In this document: one piece after another, positions 32,535 through 42,097 of the stretch | How positions within the stretch are numbered: position 1 is the stretch's first letter | Layout: each line of letters begins with the position of its first letter | Assembly: GCF_049655405.1 (NCBI RefSeq) | Contig: NZ_JBASJR010000013.1 | Coordinates: 162,968 to 226,967, forward strand | Source of the DNA: Zwartia sp. | GTDB taxonomy: Bacteria; Pseudomonadota; Gammaproteobacteria; Burkholderiales; Burkholderiaceae_B | Length of the DNA: 64,000 nt | Direction of reading: 5' to 3' | Translations under genes and position numbers: made by a program | Notes under the pieces: generated by a model | What the model saw: the letters and a program-made list of their open reading frames with translations, nothing else | Told to the model about the DNA's origin: nothing | Databases searched by the model: none

Positions 32535-32969
32535 ATGCATTCCGTAGAGCGTTCTGTTCTTGTACCGCACAGTGCCAGCCAAATGTTTGACCTTGTTGCG
32601 GATGTTGAGAAATACCCTCAATTTATGCCCTGGTGTGGCGGTGCTACAGTGTCTGCGCGCGACGCTCAGGGGATGCAAGCCTCAATCACCATTGCCTTGG
32701 CTGGCATCAAGCAAACCTTTACCACGCGTAATGTTCATCAGTATCCAAACTGTATAGAACTTCAGCTTGTCGATGGTCCATTCTCTGAATTAACAGGTAA
32801 GTGGCAGTTCATATCTTTATCAGAAGATGCCTGTAAGGTACTGTTTACATTGAACTATGCATTTTCAAATCGTGCGCTTGAAACATTAGTCGGGCCCATT
32901 TTTAATCGTATCGCGACGAGTTTTATTGACTCTTTTACTCAGCGAGCGCTGTCTTGCTATGGCGAATGA
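32535..32969 (+). CDS. ratA: SRPBCC-fold protein, RatA / ubiquinone-binding (COQ10-like) family
   Basis: 144 aa; VERSVLVPHSASQMFDLVADVEKYPQFMPWC. Followed by rnfH. Confidence 0.8.
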   Translation: MHSVERSVLVPHSASQMFDLVADVEKYPQFMPWCGGATVSARDAQGMQASITIALAGIKQTFTTRNVHQYPNCIELQLVDGPFSELTGKWQFISLSEDACKVLFTLNYAFSNRALETLVGPIFNRIATSFIDSFTQRALSCYGE

Positions 32970-33328
32970 ATGAAGTGACAAAGCCTACTCACTTAGACGG
33001 AATAATCCGCATCACTGTGGCTGCCTCGACAGCTGGACGGTTATGGCAACGTCAGCTTTCTTTACCAACAGGCAGCACAATTGCTCAATCCATTATTTCT
33101 GCTGGTTATTTGGTTGAATTTCCAGAAAGCACTTTAGAGTCGATATCTGTTGGGATTTTTGGAAAGCACTACCCCCATCATCAGCAACTTCAAGATAATG
33201 ATCGCGTCGAAATTTACGCCCCCTTGCGCGTTGATCCAAAAATTGCCAGAAGACGTCGTGCAGCACATCGCGAAAAAACCAGAAATATCAAAAAGAAAAT
33301 GCCAGTCAATGACCTGACTCAGTCATGA
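32966..33328 (+). CDS. rnfH: RnfH-family ubiquitin-fold protein
   Basis: ATGA overlap with ratA. C-terminal DRVEIYAPLRVDPKIARRRRA is typical of RnfH. Confidence 0.75.
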   Translation: MNEVTKPTHLDGIIRITVAASTAGRLWQRQLSLPTGSTIAQSIISAGYLVEFPESTLESISVGIFGKHYPHHQQLQDNDRVEIYAPLRVDPKIARRRRAAHREKTRNIKKKMPVNDLTQS

Positions 33329-33380
33329 GTCTTGGCCGCAGAAGAGGGAACAGCCCCCCGACTGACAACAGGAGATCAGG

Positions 33381-34535
33381 ATGGACATCGAACTTAACGA
33401 TGAGCAACAGGCCTTCGTTCAGCTTGCAAGAGAGTTTGCGCAAGGGGTCTTTGCACCACATGCAGCCCACTGGGACCAAGAAGAAATATTTCCACGCGAT
33501 GCACTCCTTGAGGCAGGCACACTCGGTTTATGTGGCCTATATGCTTGCGTAGAAATTGGCGGACTTGGTCTTTCACGTTTGGATGCCAGCCTGATATTTG
33601 AAGAAATGGCAGCGATTGATCCATCAACGACTGCTTTTCTGACAATTCACAACATGGCAACGTGGATGGTGGGACAGTGGGGAAGTCAAAGCTTGCGCGA
33701 ACACTGGGGACCCTTTCTCTCCACAGGCGAAAAGCTCGCCTCTTATTGCCTGACCGAACCAGAATCTGGCTCTGATGCAGCGTCCCTGCGGACATCTGCG
33801 GTGCTTCACAAGGACCGTTACGTTCTCAATGGCTCTAAAGCGTTTATCTCAGGCGCTGGTGAGACAGATCTTTTAATTGTCATGGCGCGAACAGGTGCCG
33901 CAGGAGCAAGTGGCATTTCCGCCTTTGCTGTTCCTGCTCATTCCACGGGTATCACCTATGGTCGTAAAGAACGCAAAATGGGATGGAACAGCCAAAGCAC
34001 GCGCGCAATTAGCTTTGAGAATGTGGAGGTCCCCATTGATCATTTACTGGGTCAAGAAGGTGAGGGCTTCAAAATCGCCATGCGCGGTTTGGACGGAGGA
34101 CGAATCAACATTGCGAGCTGTTCCGTTGGGGCAGCTCAAGGTGCCATCGAAACCGCACGGACTTATATGCAAGGTCGCAAGCAATTTAATCAAGCTTTAA
34201 CCAGCTTTCAAGCATTGCAATTCAAATTTGCTGACATGGTGACGCACACGGTGGCAGCCAGACAAATGGTGCGCCTTGCTGCATGCAAGCTTGATGCAGG
34301 CTCTGCTGACGCCTCAACCTATTGCGCAATGGCTAAACGCTTTGCGACCGATACCGGGTTTGCTGTTTGCCTGGACGCGCAGCAACTGCTTGGTGGATAT
34401 GGATACTTGAAAGACTACCCACTTGAGAGATTTGTACGTGACACACGTGTGCACCAGATTTTAGAGGGGACAAACGAGATCATGCGTGTCATTATTGCGC
34501 GCCAATTATTAGAAAAAAATGGAGACCTGAAATGA
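33381..34535 (+). CDS. Acyl-CoA dehydrogenase (isobutyryl-CoA dehydrogenase-like)
   Basis: ACAD motifs (YCLTEPESGSDAASL; QLLGGYGYLKDYPLERFVRDTRVHQILEGTNEIMR), AGGAGA SD. First gene of a coupled three-gene operon with a hydrolase and mmsB. Confidence 0.9.
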   Translation: MDIELNDEQQAFVQLAREFAQGVFAPHAAHWDQEEIFPRDALLEAGTLGLCGLYACVEIGGLGLSRLDASLIFEEMAAIDPSTTAFLTIHNMATWMVGQWGSQSLREHWGPFLSTGEKLASYCLTEPESGSDAASLRTSAVLHKDRYVLNGSKAFISGAGETDLLIVMARTGAAGASGISAFAVPAHSTGITYGRKERKMGWNSQSTRAISFENVEVPIDHLLGQEGEGFKIAMRGLDGGRINIASCSVGAAQGAIETARTYMQGRKQFNQALTSFQALQFKFADMVTHTVAARQMVRLAACKLDAGSADASTYCAMAKRFATDTGFAVCLDAQQLLGGYGYLKDYPLERFVRDTRVHQILEGTNEIMRVIIARQLLEKNGDLK

Positions 34536-35734
34536 ACGCAGCATTGGACAACGTGACAGATTTAGTGATTTTTGAGGAATTGACCTGTGTCGGCAAAAGC
34601 AAGATTGGAATTGCCCAACTCAACGCACCAAAAACACTCAACGGTCTCTCACTAGAAATGACTCGGCTGCTGAGTCAGCGGCTTGATCAGTGGGCTCAAG
34701 ATGCTTCTATCGCAATTGTGATTCTGAGGGGCTCAGGAGACAAAGCATTTTGCGCTGGTGGCGATTTGCACTCGCTTCATCACAGCATGACTGAAAATTC
34801 TTCTGGTCTTCCTGTCAACAATACATATGCCGCAACGTTTTTCGCTGAAGAATATGCGCTGGACTACCGCATTCACACTTTCCCTAAGCCGATTTTGGTT
34901 TGGGGAGACGGGATCGTGATGGGAGGGGGCATGGGTCTCATGATGGGAGCAAGCCATCGTGTGGTCACTGAGACGACACGCATGGCGATGCCTGAAATCT
35001 CGATTGGCCTGTTTCCTGACGTGGGTGGAACCTGGCTGCTCAATCGCATACCAGGTAATGCAGGCTTGTTTCTCGGCTTGACTGGTGCACAACTGGGTGC
35101 AAATGACGCACTGTTTGCTGGCATGGCGGATTATCACCTCCGAAGAGATGAATGGAAAAATCTTTTAGAAGCCTTGACCACACAATCTTGGAAAAACGTG
35201 TCCGAGACGGCGACGTCATCCTTGACCGAACATGCTCGCAAAGACTTGGCAAGCAATCACGATCAGCTGCACCTATTGCTCTCAGGCCTGAGCACCTTAC
35301 CTGATTCTGCCAACAAACCCCTGCAAGAGCATTTTGGCTTGATTCGTCAATTGTGTGGTGGCGTAGATCTTGAGCGAATCGTGAGCAGTATTTTAAAACT
35401 GGCCGATCACCAAGATCCGTGGCTACAGCGTGCCGCAAAAACGCTGGCACACGGATCACCTGGTTCTGCACGATTAACCTTTGCGCTACTTGCGCACAAC
35501 AAACTCCTGTCTTTGGCAGAGGTCTACCGTGTCGAATGGCTTGCTGGACTCATGGCAGCCGCTCATGGCGACTTCGCCGAAGGTATTCGAGCCTTGTTGA
35601 TTGACAAAGACAAACAGCCCAAGTGGAATCCACCCACGCTTGCTCAAGCCGACGAGCAATGGGTTAAAAAATTCTTTTCCCTTCCTTTTCCAGCAGAACA
35701 GCACCCTTTGTATCGTCTCGGAGATTCAGCATGA
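34532..35734 (+). CDS. Crotonase-fold 3-hydroxyisobutyryl-CoA hydrolase-like protein
   Basis: 400 aa. AFCAGGDL and MPEISIGLFPDVGG oxyanion-hole motifs with the long C-terminal extension typical of HIBCH. 4-nt overlaps on both sides. Confidence 0.8.
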   Translation: MNAALDNVTDLVIFEELTCVGKSKIGIAQLNAPKTLNGLSLEMTRLLSQRLDQWAQDASIAIVILRGSGDKAFCAGGDLHSLHHSMTENSSGLPVNNTYAATFFAEEYALDYRIHTFPKPILVWGDGIVMGGGMGLMMGASHRVVTETTRMAMPEISIGLFPDVGGTWLLNRIPGNAGLFLGLTGAQLGANDALFAGMADYHLRRDEWKNLLEALTTQSWKNVSETATSSLTEHARKDLASNHDQLHLLLSGLSTLPDSANKPLQEHFGLIRQLCGGVDLERIVSSILKLADHQDPWLQRAAKTLAHGSPGSARLTFALLAHNKLLSLAEVYRVEWLAGLMAAAHGDFAEGIRALLIDKDKQPKWNPPTLAQADEQWVKKFFSLPFPAEQHPLYRLGDSA

Positions 35735-36621
35735 GCAAGATTGCGTTTATCGGTTTAGGCAATATGGGCGCCCCCATGGCCGCCAACCTTTTGAAAGCAG
35801 GACACTCACTCAAGGTGTTTGACTTGGTGACGCAATCTGTTGCCACACTGGTCGAGAAGGGTGCTCAAGGGGCAGCCTCTGCGGCCCAAGCCGTCGAAGA
35901 TGCAGAAATCGTCATCACCATGTTGCCAGCGAGCAAGCATGTCGAAGCACTTTACCTTGGTGAAAAGGGCTTGCTCATGCAATGTCCTAAAAACGCTCTC
36001 ATCATTGATTGCAGCACCATTGCTGCCGACAGCGCCCGTCGCGTGGCCGAAGCCGCCGCACAAAGAGGACTGAGCATGATCGACGCACCTGTCTCGGGGG
36101 GGACGGGCGGAGCCATCGCTGGTACGTTGACCTTTATCGTGGGTGGCCACACGAGTGACCTCGAGCGGGCGAGAGCCATACTTGAAAAAATGGGCAAAAA
36201 TATTTTCCATGCTGGTGCAGCAGGTGCAGGCCAAGTCGCCAAGATTGCCAACAATATGCTGCTAGGTATTGCGATGGCGGGCACAGCAGAGGCGCTTGCG
36301 CTCGGTGTGGCCAACGGCCTGGACCCCAAGGTTCTCTCTGAGATTATTTCCAAAAGCTCAGGCTGCAACTGGTCGATTGAAAAATACAACCCTTGGCCTG
36401 GCGTCATGGAAAATGTCCCCGCCTCAAAAGGCTATGCAGGCGGCTTTGGGGTGGATCTCATGTTAAAGGACTTAGGTCTAGCATCCGAAGCCGCCATCAG
36501 CACGGGTTCGGTCATTGCCTTGGGTGAGCTTGCGCGCAATTTGTTTGCGCTGCATAGCGCACAGGGAAACGGTCAACTGGACTTTTCGAGCATCGTGGAC
36601 TTGATTAAGCGCGAGCCGTGA
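35731..36621 (+). CDS. mmsB: 3-hydroxyisobutyrate dehydrogenase
   Basis: IAFIGLGNMGAPMAANL Rossmann start, DAPVSGG, 296 aa. Confidence 0.88.
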   Translation: MSKIAFIGLGNMGAPMAANLLKAGHSLKVFDLVTQSVATLVEKGAQGAASAAQAVEDAEIVITMLPASKHVEALYLGEKGLLMQCPKNALIIDCSTIAADSARRVAEAAAQRGLSMIDAPVSGGTGGAIAGTLTFIVGGHTSDLERARAILEKMGKNIFHAGAAGAGQVAKIANNMLLGIAMAGTAEALALGVANGLDPKVLSEIISKSSGCNWSIEKYNPWPGVMENVPASKGYAGGFGVDLMLKDLGLASEAAISTGSVIALGELARNLFALHSAQGNGQLDFSSIVDLIKREP

Positions 36622-36669
36622 GTTGAGCACTTGCGTCTCTGCGCACAAATGCCCCCCCACGCACTAGAT

Positions 36670-37707
36670 CTATCGGGTAATGTAGGGGAGCGCGACTGTT
36701 TCAATGACGGGGCCCTTGTCATCAATGGCTCTAAGTTGCTGTCGATCATAGGCTTCGAAGCTTGACTCAAACAACACCCATTGAGCAGTCTTACCATCAG
36801 CCTTAGTGGTCGAGATATTAATCAAGCGACCACAAGGCTGATCAGACTGCGAGGCATCAAAAATATCCGAGCCTGGCAAAGGCGCTGGATCGGTCGCCGG
36901 GATGAGTTTCCCCAAGGCCATACGTTTTTTGACGGTTCCGCGATAGTGACTACGGGCCACGATCTCCTGACCTGGGTAGCAGCCCTTGGTAAAGCTCACA
37001 CCACCAATCAACTCAAGATTAAGTGTTTGAGGAATAAATAGATCCTGTGTGCTTGCCTCGATCCAGGGCAATCCGGCCTGAATGTCCTGACAGTCCCAAG
37101 AAGAGGCTTCTGCGACCGCCCAACCTAATCGAAGTTTTTCAACAGCAGCTTGATGTTCAGCTCCGGCAATCCACCACCAGCGGCTCAAGGCTTCGCCCTC
37201 TTGTGAAGGGGGCAGAGCGCTGGGGGCCACAATCCAGGTACCTGTTGCTGAGTGAAGTGTTTCCCATTGTGCTGTGGGCAAAGGATGGCCAATTTCCGAA
37301 GCCATAGCAGCAAGTTGACTTACGGGAGCAGACACACCCATGACGTGTAAGTCCTCGGCACGCAAGGTGACTTTCGCACGCAATACAAACATCGACAATC
37401 GTTTTAAAACTGCTGTCAGAATATCGGTACGTATGATGCCTCTAACGGTCGGTACTTCTTCTGTATTCGGTACCTGCCCAAGCACCATGGTCGCCAGCAG
37501 TCTGCCTTGGGCCGTGCAATATCCCGCCAAGCGAGATTGGCCGATTCCAGGCGCGACGATGTCATTGGTAAGCTGCCCCTGAAGAAATGTCAGTGCATCC
37601 AGACCCTTGGCCTCAAAGACACTCAGCGAACTCAACGGATATACCGTTGCAGTAGAAAGATGAGATGCCTTGTTTTGAACCGAAGAATGACCGAAAAAAG
37701 GATGCAT
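36670..37707 (-). CDS. ygfZ: Folate-binding Fe-S cluster repair / tRNA-modification protein YgfZ
   Basis: GcvT-like fold with YgfZ signature KGCYPGQEIVAR. ATG 37707 chosen because the ORF-track start 37809 would leave no promoter space before divergent mltG. Confidence 0.75.
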   Translation of the reverse strand: MHPFFGHSSVQNKASHLSTATVYPLSSLSVFEAKGLDALTFLQGQLTNDIVAPGIGQSRLAGYCTAQGRLLATMVLGQVPNTEEVPTVRGIIRTDILTAVLKRLSMFVLRAKVTLRAEDLHVMGVSAPVSQLAAMASEIGHPLPTAQWETLHSATGTWIVAPSALPPSQEGEALSRWWWIAGAEHQAAVEKLRLGWAVAEASSWDCQDIQAGLPWIEASTQDLFIPQTLNLELIGGVSFTKGCYPGQEIVARSHYRGTVKKRMALGKLIPATDPAPLPGSDIFDASQSDQPCGRLINISTTKADGKTAQWVLFESSFEAYDRQQLRAIDDKGPVIETVALPYITR

Positions 37708-37809
37708 GATGCCTCTGGCGAGATAACGAGTATTAAAAACGTACGATGTGCGGGAAATTCTGGGGATCCAGTCCGCAACTGCCTCTCGACATATTAAACT
37801 GTCGGACAT

Positions 37810-38820
37810 ATGAGCGCCGTCAATAAACTATTCATCTATGTGGTCTTGCCCATCCTTGTGGCGATAGCTTGCGCTATCGGTGCAGTCTACTATTGGGTCA
37901 ACCAACCCCTTATATTGCCTAGTCCGAAGGTTGATATTTTGGTTCCCAAGGGAGCAACACCCGCAAGTATCGCGGCACAGATTAATCAAGCACGTGTCGC
38001 TTTGAGTCCCGCAGCATTTGTCCTGATGGCTCGACTGACGGAACTCGACACAAAAATCAAAGCAGGTGGATATCAGCTTGTTCAAGGCGACTCGCCCCTG
38101 CGTATTTTGCGTCGTATGGCGCAAGGCGATGTCACTTCGCGTCAAATTACGCTTGTCGAAGGCTGGAACCTGCGTCAGATTCGTGCCGCGCTTGCACAGC
38201 ACCCAGACATTAAGCAAAGCCTCCAAACAAGCTCTGATGCAGAGTTACGTGCCCAAGTTGGCTTGGATGCCCCCTACGCAGAGGGTTTATTTTTTCCGGA
38301 TACATATATTTTCCCAATCGGCACCACTGATCTTGAGATTTTGCAGCGAGCAGCGCGTGCCCAGCAACAGATGCTCGATCGCGCTTGGGCCACCCGCCAA
38401 GACAACCTCCCTTTACGCTCTCCTTACCAAGCGCTAATTTTGGCTTCCATTGTTGAAAAAGAGACTGGAAAAGCATCTGACCGAGCGCGCATCGCAGGGG
38501 TTTTCATCAATCGATTACGACTCAACATGCCACTCCAGACTGATCCCACCGTCATTTACGGCATGGGAGAGGCCTACGACGGCAAAATCCGTAAAAAGGA
38601 TTTGCAAACAGACCACGCATGGAACACTTACACACGGGGGGGATTGCCTGTCAGCCCTATTGCTAGCGTGGGTCAAGCTTCGCTCAATGCTGCACTGAAC
38701 CCCGAAAAACATGAGTTTTTATATTTTGTTTCCAAAGGCGATGGCAGCAGTGCTTTTGCACGAACGCTTCCTGAGCACAATAAAAATGTCTCTCAGTACA
38801 TTTTGGGACGAAAGCCATGA
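37810..38820 (+). CDS. mltG: Endolytic murein transglycosylase MltG (YceG)
   Basis: N-terminal TM anchor; YceG block [40 protein letters not shown]. Confidence 0.92.
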   Translation: MSAVNKLFIYVVLPILVAIACAIGAVYYWVNQPLILPSPKVDILVPKGATPASIAAQINQARVALSPAAFVLMARLTELDTKIKAGGYQLVQGDSPLRILRRMAQGDVTSRQITLVEGWNLRQIRAALAQHPDIKQSLQTSSDAELRAQVGLDAPYAEGLFFPDTYIFPIGTTDLEILQRAARAQQQMLDRAWATRQDNLPLRSPYQALILASIVEKETGKASDRARIAGVFINRLRLNMPLQTDPTVIYGMGEAYDGKIRKKDLQTDHAWNTYTRGGLPVSPIASVGQASLNAALNPEKHEFLYFVSKGDGSSAFARTLPEHNKNVSQYILGRKP

Positions 38821-39455
38821 TGACGGTCAAAAGAGGGCTTTTTCTCACGTTTGAAGGCGTTGATGGTGCAGGTAAAAGCACCCATGTCCAATGGACTGTC
38901 GATCAACTCAGAGCACGCGGCCTCACAGTCATCTCGACGAGAGAGCCCGGTGGAACCGAGATTGGAGAAAAACTTCGCGAGTTGCTTTTGCATCAGCCTA
39001 TGGGACTTGAATGCGAGACCTTACTCATGTTCGCTGCCCGTGCCCAACACCTAAAAGAAGTGATTCAGCCCGCACTTGAGGCGGGATCCTGGGTGGTGTG
39101 TGATCGCTTTACTGACGCCACATTTGCCTACCAAGGCGGCGGGCGTGAGCTAGGCGTTGAGCGTATCGCCACACTTGAGAAGTGGGTGCATCCAGATTGC
39201 CAGCCGGATCGCACGTGGTTGTTTGATGTGCCGCTCGAAGTGGCGCGCGAACGACTAGACCGCACTCGAGAGAAAGATCGTTTTGAACAGGAAGCCAGTG
39301 CTTTTTTTCTGCGTACTAGAGAGGTCTATCTTTCGCGTGCCGCCCAATACCCAGAGCGCTTTAGTGTCATAGATTCCACTGTTCCTATCGATGACATACG
39401 CCTCTTGCTCACTGAACAAATCAATCTACTTGTGGCTCGGAGCCTCACAGCCTGA
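38817..39455 (+). CDS. tmk: dTMP kinase
   Basis: [12 protein letters not shown]-loop, DRF motif, ATGA overlap with mltG. Confidence 0.93.
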   Translation: MMTVKRGLFLTFEGVDGAGKSTHVQWTVDQLRARGLTVISTREPGGTEIGEKLRELLLHQPMGLECETLLMFAARAQHLKEVIQPALEAGSWVVCDRFTDATFAYQGGGRELGVERIATLEKWVHPDCQPDRTWLFDVPLEVARERLDRTREKDRFEQEASAFFLRTREVYLSRAAQYPERFSVIDSTVPIDDIRLLLTEQINLLVARSLTA

Positions 39456-40537
39456 TGCAACCTCACTTTTTACCTTGGCACACAGAAGTCGCGCGCGACT
39501 GGCTTGGCAACAAAGACCGGTTTGCGCACGCTTGGCTCATCCATGGGCTTGCCGGGATTGGTAAACGGGAATTCGCCTTTGCCGCGGCCGCCTCACTTCT
39601 GTGCGAAGCCCCGCTACAAGGTCTTGCCTGCGGGCAATGTCCCGCTTGCGGCTGGATAGCACGAGGCAATCATCCGGACTTAAAACGTATTCGTCCAGAG
39701 GCGGTTGCAGCCGAAGAGGGTGCGGAGCTTGGGGCCGAGGAAGACGGGTCGGCTTCGGACGAGGCAATAGTAGAAGCAGGAGGTTCAAGTAAGAGAGCCC
39801 CCTCGAAAGATATTCGTGTCGAACAAATTCGCTCGCTTGAGCCTTGGTTCAACAATGCCACGCACAGGGGGGGCTGGCGGGTGGCCTTGATTTATCCGGC
39901 TGAAGCGCTCACGACGATCTCTGGCAACACCTTACTCAAGGTTCTTGAAGAGCCGCCCCCGTCGACAATATTTTTATTAGTCGCGGATGCGCCAGATCGA
40001 CTGCTGCCCACACTACTATCGCGATGCCGCCGTTTGCCTCTTTCCACGCCAAGCTTGGACATTGCCCAACAGTGGCTAGAAGGCAAAGGGGTTAAAAAGG
40101 CGAACGAATGGTTGGCCGCAGCGGGAGGCGCACCGCTTCTCGCTCAGCATCAGTCTGAATCAGAACAGAGCCCATGCCCAGACTGGATCATTGAACTTCT
40201 CGCATCCCTTGAGCAGGGACGGATCCCTGATTTAAGCAACTTGGCAGACAAACTTGCAAAGTCCAGCCCTAAAGTATGGTTGGATGCGTGCCAACGACTG
40301 GCGATTGACCTGAATTTGAGTGCCCACGGACTGGCTTGCCGCTATTACCCCGGGCAACACAAACAGCTCTCTGCGATTGGCAAACATGGTGGCACGTTAC
40401 AGTTTGCTCAACTCGCTACATGGCTCAATGAGCAAAAGCGCGTAGCAGGTCACCCCCTCAATGCCAAGCTGTTTGCCCAAGCCGTCATGCAACGGCTATC
40501 ACAAGCCTGCCAAATAAAACTATCCGGATATAAATAA
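39455..40537 (+). CDS. holB: DNA polymerase III subunit delta'
   Basis: AAA+-like GLAGIGKREFA, zinc-module CGQCPACGWIARGNHPDL, SRCRR sensor. Contains an acidic Gly/Ala/Glu insert after the Zn module. Confidence 0.85.
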   Translation: MQPHFLPWHTEVARDWLGNKDRFAHAWLIHGLAGIGKREFAFAAAASLLCEAPLQGLACGQCPACGWIARGNHPDLKRIRPEAVAAEEGAELGAEEDGSASDEAIVEAGGSSKRAPSKDIRVEQIRSLEPWFNNATHRGGWRVALIYPAEALTTISGNTLLKVLEEPPPSTIFLLVADAPDRLLPTLLSRCRRLPLSTPSLDIAQQWLEGKGVKKANEWLAAAGGAPLLAQHQSESEQSPCPDWIIELLASLEQGRIPDLSNLADKLAKSSPKVWLDACQRLAIDLNLSAHGLACRYYPGQHKQLSAIGKHGGTLQFAQLATWLNEQKRVAGHPLNAKLFAQAVMQRLSQACQIKLSGYK

Positions 40538-41314
40538 ATGTTTGTCGATTCACATTGCCACGTCAACTTTCCTGATCTTGCGGTGCAAATGCCCGATATT
40601 CTCGAGCGAATGAAAACCAACGGCGTTGGGCGTGCACTCTGCGTAAGCGTCAATTTGCCAGACTGGCCTGGACTCATTGCGCTGGTCGAGCAGCACGATG
40701 CTCTTTACGCCTCTGTTGGAGTTCACCCAGACTACGAAGACACGATCGAGCCGACCGTTGAGGACCTGATCGAACGTAGCCAGCACCCAAAGGTCATTGC
40801 CATCGGTGAAACCGGACTGGACTATTTTCGCCTCACCGGTGATCTCACTTGGCAGCGGGAGCGCTTTAGGCGTCATATCCGCGCTGCTCGCGCCACGAAG
40901 CTTCCACTGATTATTCACACACGCGCCTCTTCACAAGATACCCTCGACATCATGCGAGAAGAGGGTGCGCAAGAGGCTCGTGGCGTCATGCATTGCTTTA
41001 CAGAATCCTGGGAAGTCGCTCAAGCTTCAATGGAGTTGGGTTTTTACATTTCTTTCTCTGGCATTGTGACGTTTAAGAAAGCGACAGAGCTTCAAGAAGT
41101 CGCTCGCCGCATGCCTTTGGATCGCATTTTAATTGAAACAGACTCACCTTATCTCGCACCCGTACCTCACCGAGGAAAACTAAATGACCCGTCAAAGGTC
41201 ATACACGTTGCTGAAATGATTGCAAACTTGCGAGGCGTGACAGTTAATGAGATCGAAGAAGCCTCTACAAGAAATTTCTTCAATTTATTCAATAAGTTAA
41301 ACGATAAACATTAA
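40538..41314 (+). CDS. TatD-family metal-dependent hydrolase (YcfH-like)
   Basis: FVDSHCHVNF start, GETGLDY, IETDSPYL. Begins directly after the holB stop. Confidence 0.92.
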   Translation: MFVDSHCHVNFPDLAVQMPDILERMKTNGVGRALCVSVNLPDWPGLIALVEQHDALYASVGVHPDYEDTIEPTVEDLIERSQHPKVIAIGETGLDYFRLTGDLTWQRERFRRHIRAARATKLPLIIHTRASSQDTLDIMREEGAQEARGVMHCFTESWEVAQASMELGFYISFSGIVTFKKATELQEVARRMPLDRILIETDSPYLAPVPHRGKLNDPSKVIHVAEMIANLRGVTVNEIEEASTRNFFNLFNKLNDKH

Positions 41315-41326
41315 TCATTAGTTTAA

Positions 41327-41399
41327 AGTAAATTATTCAATAAGAATTTGATATTACTTACTTAATTTACTGAAATTAAACGATATTTAATAATTTACT
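41327..41399. promoter_or_regulatory. AT-rich spacer with 11-bp inverted repeat and 9-bp direct repeat upstream of the ankyrin gene
   Basis: AGTAAATTATT (41327-41337) is the exact reverse complement of AATAATTTACT (41389-41399). TAATTTACT also occurs at 41363-41371. The whole 96-bp spacer is strongly AT-rich compared with its flanks. Confidence 0.3.
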
Positions 41400-41410
41400 A
41401 TCCGGATAAA

Positions 41411-42097
41411 ATGATTAACCAAAAAATCCCATTCTTTTTAAAAAATGTCCTTGCAGCGTTTCTGCTCATCAGTGCGTTGGGGACTGTTTTTTTAACGACT
41501 GCCCAGGCAGCCGATGCTAAGGACTTCTGGTTCTATATCATTAACGACCGTGACGATCAATTAAAAGAGCTTCTACGCAGAGGGATGGATCCAAATCAAA
41601 AGAGTCCGAATCAACAGACACCTCTGACCATGGCGGCCCGAGAGAACTCTTGGAAAGCATTTGATGCGCTGCTAAACAGCCCTAAAGTCGACGTTAACCT
41701 GCCAAATTCCTACAAAGAAACACCCTTGATGTATGCAGCACTCTTGGGGGATCTCCCTCGCACTCAACGCTTGCTGTCAAAAGGTGCAAAGGTCAATCAG
41801 CCTGGTTGGTCAGCCCTTCATTACGCTGCGATCAAAGGACACGCCAAGATTGTCACCTTGCTGCTCTCAAAAGGAGCCCTGGTCAACGAACCCTCCCCAG
41901 ATGGAGATACGCCCCTGATTCTGGCTGTCAAATCAGGGGACGTGCCAACAGTTCAGGCATTGATCGGCGCAGGTGCAGATCCGATGCTATCCAACTTTAA
42001 AGCTCAAAATGCCATTGAAACTGCGCGCGCCGAAGGGCGCAGCTCACTTGCGACGGCGCTAGAAAAAGTGGTGGCTGGACGTAAAACTCAACCTTAA
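41411..42097 (+). CDS. Exported ankyrin-repeat protein
   Basis: Signal peptide (AAFLLISALGTVFLTTAQA) followed by at least four ankyrin repeats (TPLTMAAREN..., TPLMYAALLGD..., SALHYAAIKGHAKIVTLLLSKGALVN, DTPLILAVKSGDVPTVQALIGAGADP). Confidence 0.8.
   Translation: MINQKIPFFLKNVLAAFLLISALGTVFLTTAQAADAKDFWFYIINDRDDQLKELLRRGMDPNQKSPNQQTPLTMAARENSWKAFDALLNSPKVDVNLPNSYKETPLMYAALLGDLPRTQRLLSKGAKVNQPGWSALHYAAIKGHAKIVTLLLSKGALVNEPSPDGDTPLILAVKSGDVPTVQALIGAGADPMLSNFKAQNAIETARAEGRSSLATALEKVVAGRKTQP

Noticed and set aside
32535-33328. ratA-rnfH as a toxin-antitoxin (defence-type) module
   Set aside because: The pair is a conserved housekeeping neighbour of smpB. The TA interpretation of RatA/RatB is doubtful in the literature as I recall, and nothing in the sequence suggests a mobile TA cassette.
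39700-39830. Acidic Gly/Ala/Glu-rich insert in holB and a low-complexity Ser/Pro insert in rseP (about 13130-13230)
   Set aside because: These are in-frame lineage-specific linkers in otherwise canonical housekeeping proteins, with no independent signal of function.
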